DNA of 63,936 bases, the filler included, from Octopus bimaculoides (lineage: Eukaryota): NCBI RefSeq assembly GCF_001194135.2. It is 8 parts of 8 records of this genome, joined end to end, with 100 filler letters (N's around TTAATTAATTAA, not from the genome) between each part and the next. Parts side by side here need not be neighbours in the genome. Positions count along the whole stretch, not along the records: positions 34,928 to 40,981 come from NC_068987.1; positions 41,082 to 45,604 come from NC_068998.1; positions 45,705 to 52,374 come from NC_068996.1; 5 more parts are not named here. One strand, 5' to 3'. Each line of letters starts with the position of its first letter. Position 1 is the stretch's first letter. Positions 34,988 to 47,935 of this stretch are shown in pieces. The notes under the pieces were generated by a model. The model was given only the letters and a program-made list of their open reading frames with translations, ran no database searches and was not told the origin of the DNA. Made by a program: the position numbers and the translations under genes.

Positions 34988-35563
34988 CATCTAGCAACGA
35001 TTCCTCATGAGTGGGATACTCAACAGCTATCCAAGTGCATCTGGTGTTGCTGATGTATGTCGTCGGGTGATAAATAAATACAACTGTTCTGTAGTGTTAC
35101 TTTCCGTTCTATGGAAAGAAAAGCAGCCAGATGGAGGAAATATTTTTGTTTATATAGAAGAAGAAAAATAAAATCACAGATGACAAAAAGAGAAACAAAC
35201 ACGCAATCCAGCGAGAAAAGTATAAATGGATGCTTGTATGAGCGAGTGTACTCTTGCTATACAGCTTGCCCGAGGGTATTTATACATCCATATCTGTTAA
35301 CGGTTATTTTTAATACTTCTCTCGCTGGATTGCGTATTGGTTCCTCCTTTTTGTTTTCAGTGATTTTATTTTTCAACTTCTATATAAATGAAGATATTTC
35401 CTCCGTCTGGCTGCTTTTCTCTCTACAAAACGGAAAATTACATTGTGGAACAGTCATTTTAACGACTTGTATTTATTTATCACCCGACGAGATACATCTG
35501 CACCACTGGATGATCCTGAACCAGTTGTTGAAGGTCCCACCCATGAGAAATCGATGCTAGATG
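34988..35563. repeat. Foldback element, ~250-bp diverged inverted arms
   Basis: CATCTAGCAACGATTCCTCATGAGTGGGA is mirrored by TCCCACCCATGAGAAATCGATGCTAGATG. Internal blocks (TCGGGTGATAAATAAATACAA; AAAAGCAGCCAGATGGAGGAAATAT; ACGCAATCCAGCGAGA) are mirrored in order. Confidence 0.9.
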
Positions 35564-36551
35564 TGTGGAAAAAATTGTCCTGAATAATAATACCAGGTGT
35601 AATACATTCGGTTTATTATCCATTATATANNNNNNNNNNNNNNNNNNNNNNNNNNNNNNNNNNNNNNNNNNNNNNNNNNNNNNNNNNNNNNNNNNNNNNN
35701 NNNNNNNNNNNNNNNNNNNNNNNNNNNNNNNNNNNNNNNNNNNNNNNNNNNNNNNNNATATATATACATACATACATACATACATACATTATTAATATAA
35801 ATCAATAATTCAGAAAGGAACACAGTTGATATCATCCTAGTTTATCATTGTAATTCATAAAGTGTATATTATTTGATATCATAATTCTAAAGGAACATCC
35901 AGAGTATGCAAAGCTCTCATATAAATGTTTTTCAGTGAAGAGTAAATATTAAACTGTAACCCAAGATAACAAAACATATCTTGCAGATGTTCAAAAGTGG
36001 GTATTTAAATAAAGCCTGTCAATTGACTATTGCATTTTGACTGAGAGAAGTATATCATTTAAAATCATACATAATGCCATATGTTTCTGAAACCATGTCC
36101 GACGGGAAAATAGTATTTGTTTACGATATCATATACGCTGTATTCAATAAATATATACGTAGAAATAGATTTATATGTACTAAAAATCTACTTATCTAGC
36201 CCCTATTTATCTACATTAATGTATTCGCACACATAAATATAGAAATATATACGTTCAATTTTATATCAAGAACTACTCAAATCATGAGGGTAAACATAAA
36301 TGCTCAAATATTTTCTCGTGATAACAATATTAAATAGGAAATATAAGAATAACATTTCCAATTCGGAACATTAACGTATATAATTTGCTGTACAAACTTA
36401 TTTTCGTAATTGCACTAACACACATATGCCCACGCATGTAAACAACATGTATATCTAGTATGTGTATATATTCATACGCACTCAGGCACACATTAGTAAT
36501 CATTAGTAATGAATCTGAACATATATTTTGGCGGTATATATTACATTGAAT

Positions 36552-36583
<32 letters not shown>

Positions 36584-37576
36584 GCAAATACACACATACA
36601 GACATACATGCGCTCATATATGCATACATATTTATTACTGAATTTTCATAAATATATTTGGGGCTATTTTTTAATTCTCATACCTACAGGTATACATACA
36701 CACATACATATGCAAGTATACATATACAAAACAAAGATATATACTCATCCACGGAGTAACAGACGCATAGACAAATTTGTGTTAGTGCTAAAAATTCTGT
36801 GCATACATTTATAAAAAAGCTAAATTTCCTCCCTACTGATATAGGCCATCATGCTCTATCGTATGTTAAGCTGATCAAACCAAGAATTATTTCTTCCTGA
36901 GACCTAAATAGCTTTTAAGTTGAAGTGAAGACAGCATGTTCTCTGTCTATCTCCTTACCTTCTTGGAGATTTTAGGTAAAATTATGCTAATGTGTCCATC
37001 TAGTTTAAGTAATTAAATTCTATGTCTTTATGCAGCTGAAGATTGCTCTGCGTTTAAATTGATGTAATGATTGCATTGTTCAATTAAATGTAGTTGCTTG
37101 AAACGATCGTATTGCATTACCTCTGGATATCCTTGTCGCTTATTTTGATTTTAATCACCATATTTTGTAATTGTATGAATAATACCGTACTAAATTCTGG
37201 TGCCTCATCTTAAGTACCATAGTCATCTGAATATATATATATATATANNNNNNNNNNNNNNNNNNNNNNNNNNNNNNNNNNNNNNNNNNNNNNNNNNNNN
37301 NNNNNNNNNNNNNNNNNNNNNNNNNNNNNNNNNNNNNNNNNNNNNNNNNNNNNNNNNNNNNNNNNNNNNNNNNNNNNNNNNNNNNNNNNNNNNNNNNNNN
37401 NNNNNNNNNNNNNNNNNNNNNNNNNNNNNNNNNNNNNNNNNNNNNNNNNNNNNNNNNNNNNNNTATATATATATGTATATATATGCATATGTATATATGT
37501 ATATATGTATGTATGTATATATGCATATATATGTACGTTTATATGTATGTATGTTTGTGCATATTCACGCATGAAT

Positions 37577-37615
<39 letters not shown>

Positions 37616-37857
37616 TTCGTGTCCGCCACTCAGGCTCGATAACCGACCAGTGTTGATGTGTTTCCGTCCCTGTAACCTAGCGGTACCCCCTAAGGGGCTG
37701 ATAGAATAAATACCAAGCTTCATAAAAGAAAAAAATAAAAGATACTGGGATACATGGCCGCAGTCAAATGACTGAAACATATAAAAGACCAGCAATGCAC
37801 CTCGGCGTTGCCCGGGTGTTATGGCCTACAGCCACATTGCATTATTTGTTCCTTTCT

Positions 37858-38075
37858 AAGGCAGCGGGCTGACAGTATTATTAGCAGACCGGGCAATATG
37901 CTTAGCAGTATTTCGACAGGCTTTACGTTCTAAGTTGAAATTACACCGAGGTCAACTACGACTCTCATCATTTCGGGGTCTATAAATTAAGTACCAATTG
38001 CGCACTGTGGTCGATCTAATCGACTGGCCCCTCCCGAAAAATTTCGGATCTTGTGCCTATAGTAGAAAAGATTAT
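37858..38075 (+). mobile_element. tRNA-derived SINE family A
   Basis: GGCAGCGGGCTGACAG...TACGTTCTAAGTTGAAATT...TAAATTAAGTACCAATT...CTTGTGCCTATAGTAGAAAAG. Confidence 0.75.
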
Positions 38076-38586
38076 TACTTCCTTTCTAATGGATAGTATC
38101 GACAAACGTAGGGTATGAATCAAACAACTCGTTTTTATAAACATCTTTTTTCCCTCAATTTTGGATGAACAACACTGCAGTTTCCATCTACCAAATTCAG
38201 AATATGTGATTGGCCTTGAGCTATAGTAGAAAACACTTGCCCGACGTACCATGCAGAGGGACTGAACGTGGAACCATGTGGTTGGACAACAATCTTCTCA
38301 AGCACACAGTCATTCTTGCACATAATGAATGTGTGTGCGTGTGTGCGTTTACAATTGTCGTTAAATCAAGTATTGTGACCTAGTATGTATCAAAATTTAT
38401 CAAGCAGAGATATTTCCCACTAATATGTCGGCATGAAACGCGCGCACTCTTTCTTCCACTTTCGTTTCTTAAACGTCACCGATTTTAATTCTCTGTCCAA
38501 TATTTCATAGATTTTATGTATTATAAATTTTCCCTTGGATTTTTTAGATTTTTAAACTAGTTTTGTATAGTACACTTTTCTTGGTG

Positions 38587-38645
<59 letters not shown>

Positions 38646-38747
38646 NNNNNNNNNNNNNNNNNNNNNNNNNNNNNNNNNNNNNNNNNNNNNNNNNNNNNNN
38701 NNNNNNNNNNNNNNNNNNNNNNNNNNNNNNNNNNNNNNNNNNNNNNN

Positions 38748-38752
38748 TATAT

Positions 38753-38826
<74 letters not shown>
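38748..38826. repeat. (GATA)n microsatellite
   Basis: Direct inspection. Confidence 0.95.
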
Positions 38827-38827
<1 letters not shown>

Positions 38828-39834
38828 TGCATACATACGTAATTGGCAAAACATATCTAAATATCTATACACTGGCATTAGGCACCCGTGTTGCGCAGAT
38901 CACAATATATTGCAGTATATTAACTTGAATATACATGTACATAATGAAATAAGTGTTCAGAAATATAAACATATTTGTGTAAATCAGTAGAAAATATGCC
39001 TAGACACTCATATAATTATTATTGTGCAGATATAGATATAATCAAAAACATGCGTGTGCTTGAGTGTATGTTCGTGTGTGTGTTTGCTAATATAGGATAA
39101 TATGCAATATGGTATAATGGATAACTTTTGTTCAAATACGAAGGCTATGTTATCATGTTGATTGGTGTTATTAAAGAGGTAATTAATTTATAAATGTTAT
39201 TGATTAACTAGAAAATAAAACAAAACTGAAGGTAATTGTATTTTAGTTTAATTGTTATTGCAAATAAACTAATGTCTGTGAACTGAAATTTGAAACATAA
39301 CATATTTCTTCGAAAATTCTCTATTGAATTTTATTTGAATATAAAAAGAAAGTTTGTGTAAAAGTTGTACTTTTATATATAGACCTACATGCATATATGC
39401 ACACATGCGGAAAAATACACAGAGACATACAAGTAAATATACACTTTTCTGCATATATTCTCCCATAAAAGTTATTGTTTTCAAAAACAGAAGCATATAT
39501 TTACATGTATATTTGTGTATTTGGCAAAAATATATTTTATTTGCAAACATTTATGTGTAAAATTANNNNNNNNNNNNNNNNNNNNNNNNNNNNNNNNNNN
39601 NNNNNNNNNNNNNNNNNNNNNNNNNNNNNNNNNNNNNNNNNNNNNNNNNNNNNNNNNNNNNNNNNNNNNNNNNNNNNNNNNNNNNNNNNNNNNNNNNNNN
39701 NNNNNNNNNNNNNNNNNNNNNNNNNNNNNNNNNNNNNNNNNNNNNNNNNNNNNNNNNNNNNNNNNNNNNNNNNNNNNNNNNNNNNNNNNNNNNNNNNNNN
39801 NNNNNNNNNNNNNNNNNNNNNNNNNNNNNNNNNN

Positions 39835-39867
<33 letters not shown>

Positions 39868-40188
39868 CACATATATACATACACATATATATCATATATA
39901 TATGTATGCATATATATATGTGTGTGTGTATGAATGTCTATGTATGTTTGTATATATACACATGTATAAATGATCTTGAATATAAATATTTCCAAATGAA
40001 TATTACACACACGCAGGGACACATGCACACGCTCATATGTGTATACACATACACATGTGCCAATATAAGTTGATAAAATTGTTTCATACAATATATGAAA
40101 TAAATACACACACAGTTAATCACATCTATATATAGGGCAATGTTATTTCTTAATTCTAAGCATATATGCCTATGTGTGAGTGTGTGTT

Positions 40189-40219
<31 letters not shown>

Positions 40220-40945
40220 GCGTGTGTGTGTGTGTCTTAGTCTATATGCCTGAGCAAATGAGTGTTCAAATATATTTTAATGCATTTTATATCCTCCTCG
40301 ATGTTTTCTGTAATTCTTTCATTCTTTGATGTTATTTTCAATAAAGTGTAACTTGTTTCCTTGTATGAGTTTTTCTTATGTAACATATTCTCATACACAA
40401 AACACTTTGTTAGATACTTCAAAAATATGTAATATTAGTAGAGTTTCGTCATACTTACAGCGCTCTAAATGTGAAAGCAGATTTATTTATTATATTTGAA
40501 TGAAAATATTCGAAATAGTCTATAAAATATTTTATAAAATGCAATATTTAATATTTCATGCTGTGTCATCAGATATAAAGACCTCTGAAAAGGAGTTCAT
40601 CTCAATTGTGCTCACTTTATCTTATTAACAAACTCTATGCCCCGCGAACACGTTGAGCTAGGACATCAAAAATACGAGGTGGTATGAAAGACTCCCCGGA
40701 ATAGTTATATTTAGTAAAAAATTACTTATTTACCTTAATTTTAATATATTCTCCTTCAAAATAGTCATCTTGTGCAGCAACATACTCGTCCCGACGTGCT
40801 TGTCACTTTTTGAATCCAGCCTGGACGTATCAATAACGGTGTTAAAATGGTGACCTACAATTGCTAAAAATAAAAGCTAAAAAATATAAATCGTAAAATC
40901 AATAACCTCATCAGATTAGTGATTGCCGTACATTTATTTTCTCTC

Positions 40946-40981
<36 letters not shown>

Positions 40982-41081
40982 NNNNNNNNNNNNNNNNNNN
41001 NNNNNNNNNNNNNNNNNNNNNNNNNTTAATTAATTAANNNNNNNNNNNNNNNNNNNNNNNNNNNNNNNNNNNNNNNNNNNN

Positions 41082-41451
41082 AAGCAACAGACAAAGACAG
41101 GTGGTGTAGACAACAAACAGATGTATTAGTTTAATGCCCGGGAAGTGAAAAAGTCTTTAACGTTTCGAGCGTATGCTCTTCCACAAAAAGGAACACAGAA
41201 AGAAGCAGCGAGAGAAAATGTGTAGTGGCTAACGATCTTATATATATATATGTATATACAGGGGGAGAATTAACAAAAAACAAAGCAACAGACAAAGACA
41301 GGTGGTGTAGACAACAAACAGATGTATTAGTTTAATGCCCGGGAAGTGAAAAAGTCTTTAACGTTTCGAGCGTATGCTCTTCCACAAAAAGGAACACAGA
41401 AAGAAGCAGCGAGAGAAAATGTGTAGTGGCTAACGATCTTATATATATATA
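41082..41451 (-). repeat. Exact ~170-bp tandem duplicate (period ~201) of the PLE-terminal-like element
   Basis: 41082-41251 and 41283-41451 are identical by eye; reverse-complement homologue of 32835-33015. Confidence 0.85.
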
Positions 41452-41654
41452 TGTGCAAGCACACATATATAGACATATATATTATGAATGCAGTATATTC
41501 AAAGTATTATTATTATTGATATTTATATTCATAAAATGCATTTCATGTACTGAAATGAAATGATTGTAACTATAGAATCAAAGCATAATACCATAAATAA
41601 AGCTTAGTTTTTGTACATACGTACCCTGTGACAAATATACTGATATATAGGCAG

Positions 41655-42052
41655 AGGCATGGCTGTGTGGTAAGAAGCTTGCTTTTGAAACCGTACAGTT
41701 CTGGGTTCAATCCTACTGTGTTGCACCTTGGGCAAATATTTTCTGCTAGAGCTTTGGGCTAACCAAAGCCTTGCAAGTGGATTTGGTAGATGAAGGAAAC
41801 TGAAAGAAGCCCATTGTATATGTGTGTGTGTGTGTCCTTGTGTATGTATTTGCTCCCCATCACTGCTTGACAACTGGTGTTGGTGTGTTTATATCCCTGT
41901 AACATAGTGTTTTGGCAAAAGAGAAAAATAGAATAACTATCAGGCTTTAACAAAAATAGTAAGTACCAGGGTCGATAAGTTCGACTAAAAATTCTTCAAA
42001 GCGGTGCCCCAGCATGGTTGCAGTCTAATGATTGAAATGATAAAAGATAAAA
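41655..42052 (+). mobile_element. SINE family B, full length
   Basis: Head, TTGGGCAAA core, (TG)n linker and 3' body ending CAGTCTAATGATTGAAATGATAAAAGATAAAA. Confidence 0.85.
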
Positions 42053-43071
42053 CACCAGGCATTTCAGCTTATATATATACATATATNNNNNNNNNNNNNN
42101 NNNNNNNNNNNNNNNNNNNNNNNNNNNNNNNNNNNNNNNNNNNNNNNNNNNNNNNNNNNNNNNNNNNNNNNNNNNNNNNNNNNNNNNNNNNNNNNNNNNN
42201 NNNNNNNNNNNNNNNNNNNNNNNNNNNNNNNNNNNNNNNNNNNNNNNNNNNNNNNNNNNNNNNNNNNNNNNNNNNNNNNNNNNNNNNNNNNNNNNNNNNN
42301 NNNNNNNNNNNNNNNNNNNNNNNNNNNNNNNNNNNNNNNNNNNNNNNNNNNNNNNNNNNNNNNNNNNNNNNNNNNNNNNNNNNNNNNNNNNNNNNNNNNN
42401 NNNNNNNNNNNNNNNNNNNNNNNNNNNNNNNNNNNNNNNNNNNNNNNNNNNNNNNNNNNNNNNNNNNNNNNNNNNNNNNNNNNNNNNNNNNNNNNNNNNN
42501 NNNNNNNNNNNNNNNNNNNNNNNNNNNNNNNNNNNNNNNNNNNNNNNNNNNNNNNNNNNNNNNNNNNNNNNNNNNNNNNNNNNNNNNNNNNNNNNNNNNN
42601 NNNATATATATATATATATATATATATAAAGCAGTTGTATACTGTCAACGTGACAACCCCAATAAGGGAATCATACTGCTGCTATTTAGCTGTAGGAAGC
42701 TGGACCACTTCCTGTCAGCCTTGACACATTTCCTGTGTCCTTATGTTTATGAGGGGGAGACAAGCACTTCCACCCAGCCTAGCCTGCATTCAGGGACATT
42801 TTTCTGAGTCTTTGCTTGTCATCAGCCTGAAGTAGCACGACCAGCTGGCTGAAGATGCTTGTCAATTAGATCATTTCTAATTTTTGTAATCAGTGAATGT
42901 GTTTTCACTAGAAATATATATGTTTGTGAGAGATTGCTTGGTGACAAGGGTGATTTTTGGACACCATGCAGGATGAAAAATAAAACCAGTGAAAGGGCAG
43001 AGGAACTCATGAGTAGTCAATGGTCATACACACACACACAGAGGTGCGCGCACGCGTGTGTGTGTGTGTGT

Positions 43072-43276
43072 GGCTGTGTGGTGAGAAACTTGCTTCTCAA
43101 CCACATGGTTCTAGGTTCAACCCTATTGTATGCCACTTTGGCTAAGTGTCTTCTACCTATAGCCTTGGGCTGACAAAAGGTTTGTTAGTGGATTTGGAAG
43201 ACAAAAACTGAAAAAAAGCCCCATCATATATATATATAAGATACACACATACACACACACACGCACACACACACGC

Positions 43277-43322
<46 letters not shown>

Positions 43323-43550
43323 GTAAGTGTGTGTGTGTGTGTCTCTCTCTTTGTATCTATGTTTGTCTCCCATCATCATTTGACAACCGATGTTGGTGTG
43401 TTTATGTCCCCATAACTTAGAGGTTTGGCAAATAAAGTCCGATAGAATAAGTACCAGACTCAAAAAATAACCAAAAAAAAAACAAACCAATAGGTGCCAG
43501 TGTTGATTCATTCAACTTAAAAGTTCAAGGCGGTGCCCCAGCATGGCCAC
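43072..43550 (+). mobile_element. SINE family B, full length
   Basis: Same blocks as 41655-42052 with an expanded microsatellite linker. Confidence 0.85.
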
Positions 43551-44651
43551 ACTCTGGTGCGTTTATTACTGAGTAATAGACACACCAGCACAAGCATGTA
43601 AACACATGGTAGTCCCTATGCTTATGTTTGTGTGTGTTTGTCTATGTGTGTCTAATCCCAAAGTTCTTTGTTGCATTTTCAAATTTACTACTAGCCTTTA
43701 TCTGATCTTGTAGCTGTGCATGGCACTGATGTTGTTATTACTCCTCCTTCTCCTCTTCCTTCTACCACTTCTACTAGGTCTGCTTTTACTGCTACAGTCA
43801 CTGCTGGGGCTCTGTTGCTGTTTCCACAGCGGCTGTTGCTGCTACCAGAGTGTGGCTGATGCTGCTACTTCTTTGGGGAATCTATACGGAAATTATTCGA
43901 TTTGCTAGAAATAGCAGTCAAACCTCCTCTTAATAACAGCCTTCTCTTTTTTTTTTTTTTCAAGTAAAGAAAAAAAGCAAAACGAAAATAAGACAGGACA
44001 TTGGACAATGTTTGAGATTTACATATTTACGCATTTGTGCCACAANNNNNNNNNNNNNNNNNNNNNNNNNNNNNNNNNNNNNNNNNNNNNNNNNNNNNNN
44101 NNNNNNNNNNNNNNNNNNNNNNNNNNNNNNNNNNNNNNNNNNNNNNNNNNNNNNNNNNNNNNNNNNNNNNNNNNNNNNNNNNNNNNNNNNNNNNNNNNNN
44201 NNNNNNNNNNNNNNNNNNNNNNNNNNNNNNNNNNNNNNNNNNNNNNNNNNNNNNNNNNNNNNNNNNNNNNNNNNNNNNNNNNNNNNNNNNNNNNNNNNNN
44301 NNNNNNNNNNNNNNNNNNNNNNNNNNNNNNNNNNNNNNNNNNNNNNNNNNNNNNNNNNNNNNNNNNNNNNNNNNNNNNNNNNNNNNNNNNNNNNNNNNNN
44401 NNNNNNNNNNNNNNNNNNNNNNNNNNNNNNNNNNNNNNNNNNNNNNNNNNNNNNNNNNNNNNNNNNNNNNNNNNNNNNNNNNNNNNNNNNNNNNNNNNNN
44501 NNNNNNNNNNNNNNNNNNNNNNNNNNNNNNNNNNNNNNNNNNNNNNNNNNNNNNNNNNNNNNNNNNNNNNNNNNNNNNNNNNNNNNNNNNNNNNNNNNNN
44601 NNNNNNNNNNNNNNNNNNNNNNCACCACCACCACCACCATACCACCGCCAT

Positions 44652-44656
44652 ACCCC

Positions 44657-44734
<78 letters not shown>

Positions 44735-44735
44735 A
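44652..44735. repeat. (ACT)n microsatellite
   Basis: Direct inspection. Confidence 0.95.
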
Positions 44736-45029
44736 CTGCTGCTGCTGCTGTAGCTGCAGAACTGCTGTCTTACACAATATGTAGATGCTACGTTATCTTC
44801 ACTGATCGATGAAATCAGCCCACAACACTGCGTGTGTAGTTGTAGTGCAATTGAGTGTTGGATGCAGTATGTGTATAAGTGGGTGCTCTATGCCTATATG
44901 TATATGTGTGTAATGTGTGTGTGTGTATGTATGTATGTGCCTGTGTGTGAATTAGGTGTAAGATATATATATGTGTGTAGGTTGATTATTTGTTTGATAT
45001 AATCGTGTATGTATGTGGGTTGTGCATAG

Positions 45030-45071
<42 letters not shown>

Positions 45072-45563
45072 TATTCATATGAGTGTATGAGTGTATGTTT
45101 GTGTGTTTGTGTGTGAGTGTGTATGTATATATATATGCTGTGAATGTGGATGTTTTGTGTATATGTAAGTGTGCTTGATTGATATGTATGTAATTGTGTG
45201 TGCATGCATGGGAAAAATTGTGTATGTGTGTGTGTGTGTGTTAATGAGATGAAGAAGATATGACAGAATGAAGGAGAGAAAGAGAGAGAAAGAGAGACAG
45301 AGAAAGAGAAAGACAGAGAGAGTAATATTCTATTCACTTAAAAATACTTGTTATTGGATGAATTTCTTTCATCTCTCTTCCTCTCACCACCCCTCACTCT
45401 CTCACTCTCCCCCCACTCTCTCATCCAGTCATTCCTTTCAAATAATATGTATGAATCCTAATAAAAACTCACATACAGCCCCATGTGTATATATCTATAT
45501 ATATATAGATATATACACATACATGCACACACACACACACATATACATACATACATACATACA

Positions 45564-45599
<36 letters not shown>

Positions 45600-46023
45600 T
45601 ATATNNNNNNNNNNNNNNNNNNNNNNNNNNNNNNNNNNNNNNNNNNNNTTAATTAATTAANNNNNNNNNNNNNNNNNNNNNNNNNNNNNNNNNNNNNNNN
45701 NNNNAAACATTCTTGCTTGTTTTCAGTTTGTCAATCGAAACTCTATCAACAAACTACCAAAAAATAAAAAAAAATAAAAAAACCTAAAAAAAAAAAAAAA
45801 GTCATGTTTAGAATGATGTCTACTGCACCATCACAGAAAAGAAATGAAAGTAAAATGAAACACCTGAACAAAAATGATGACGCGGCATTTCTAAATGGTA
45901 TGTAAGTAATTTAGGAAATATTCAACCGAAACGAAAATCATGTGAGAGGGAAACTGTGTAAACTGAGGAACATGCTTAATGTTTGAATTGACTGTTTCAA
46001 AGAGAGGAACCAAAACATCTTCA

Positions 46024-46070
<47 letters not shown>

Positions 46071-46509
46071 ATAATAATAATAATAATAATAGTTCATATA
46101 AAGGACTGAAGTAACTCAGCAGAAATGTAATAGATAGATAGAAGAACTCTTCTATCTAATAATAATAATAATAATAATAATAACAACAACATCGCGATCT
46201 CATATCAAGATAAACAGCACATGACCTTGCAGGTGGGGCCCAGTTAGAATTTTCTTCAGGTCGAGTAGCCCATCCTTTGAATAAGGGTTGTTAAAGGATG
46301 TTGAATGAAACACCTATGTTTCCAAAGGTGGTGGTGGTGGCGGCGGCAGCAACGGCAGTGGCGGCGATGGTGATGGNNNNNNNNNNNNNNNNNNNNNNNN
46401 NNNNNNNNNNNNNNNNNNNNNNNNNNNNNNNNNNNNNNNNNNNNNNNTGGTGGTGGTTGTGGTGGTGGTTGTGGTGGTTGTGGTGGTGGTGGTGGTGGTG
46501 GATCGATGA

Positions 46510-47935
46510 CAACAGAACATTGACGGAATGAAAAAGAAATAAACAGCCTTGGTGGAAAAGGAGAATATCATAAGATATAAGTTCTCTGAAGTGTAGTATC
46601 AGTTACTTGAAAGGAAAAGAAAAGGAGAATTGAGGAATGATTACAAATTTGAAAAATTGAAGACAAAACATGGTGTTGATACAAAAGAACTGAATGTCAT
46701 AATTGAAGAACTGAAGCAGCACATACTTGCCAACAAAGCAAATCTAGGTTTGAGCAACACAGCAAAACCGATTGCTTAGAATTGAGCAAAAGAGATTTTA
46801 TCTAAAAGTTTTAGCATGATTTAGCATGCAAAAGATTAGTGCCTGATGCAGATGAAAGTCAACAACTTTGGGGTGAGGTGTGCAGTAAGCAGAAACAACA
46901 CAATACTGGAGCTAAATGAATGGCTCTGCAGTCTGAAGCAAACAGCTATTTATTCCCAGCAATAAGCTATCCTTTTTACTGAGGATAGTGTCAGAAATGT
47001 GGGCAAAAAGATGAGCAATTGGAAAATAGTGGGATTTGATGGTTTTATAGGAATTTTGGATAAAAATATTCAGCAGATGCAATAAATTGATTGCAGAGCA
47101 ATTTAATGTATTGATTGATGAAACAGAAGAAATTCCAGGGTGGTTGAACAAAAGACAAATGGTGTTGTGCTTGAAGGCTGTATCAGTAGGAAATGCTGCC
47201 AACAATTACAGGCCAATTTCTTACCGTCTATTAATGTGGAAGTTATTGTCAGGAGGGATTCCAGAAGAAATGTACAAATTCCTAGATGATAATGATATTT
47301 TACCAATGGGATGAAAAAGATGTTGGAGAAAATACAGAGGTACCAAAGACCAATTATTGACAGACAAAATGGTGATGCAAGATTGTAAGCAAAGGAGGAC
47401 AAATTTTAAAATGGCTAGGATTGATTACTGCAAAACTTACAATATCATTCCACATTCATGGATCATTGAGTGCTTAGATATGTTTGGAAATGCAACATGT
47501 TCAGAGTTCTCAAAACATGTTTTCTGAAGACATAGTTTGAGAACTCTGAGCATCAGGAGAGGGATTTTCCAAAGTGATAGCATATCTCTATTGCTTTTAG
47601 TATTTTTTGTGATCCCTCTGACCTTCATGCTGAGGAAAGTGAACCTGGGATATCATTTCAAGGGAAAAACACAAAGAATCAACCATCTTCACTTCATGGA
47701 CGTATTTGAAGCTGTATGACAGCATTTGAAGCTGTATGACAAACATGAGGTGCACGTGAATCTCTTTGTGGACACTGTCCACTGTTTTAGTGCTGATGTT
47801 TAGATGGAATTTGGACTCAAGAAATGTGGTGTAATGTGTTTGAAATGAGGCAAGGTACAGTCCCAGCAGGGATAGAATTACCAAATTAGGAAGTAATGAA
47901 ACAAACTGGGCAGTGGCATCACTTAGGAATGGAGA
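46510..47935 (+). mobile_element. Degenerate non-LTR retrotransposon RT region (R4/Dong-like)
   Basis: Broken frames give [74 protein letters not shown] and MEFGLKKC: RT motifs 0-7 of the RLE-type clade. Confidence 0.85.

Noticed and set aside
41082-41451. Recent biological tandem duplication
   Set aside because: Exact duplicate immediately next to a gap edge; an assembly overlap artefact is at least as likely.
45803-45905. Plus-strand open frame MFRMMSTAPSQKRNESKMKHLNKNDDAAFLN ending at a gtatgt donor-like site
   Set aside because: Short, no recognisable homology and no matching downstream exon found; also not the missing M6 exon (wrong strand).
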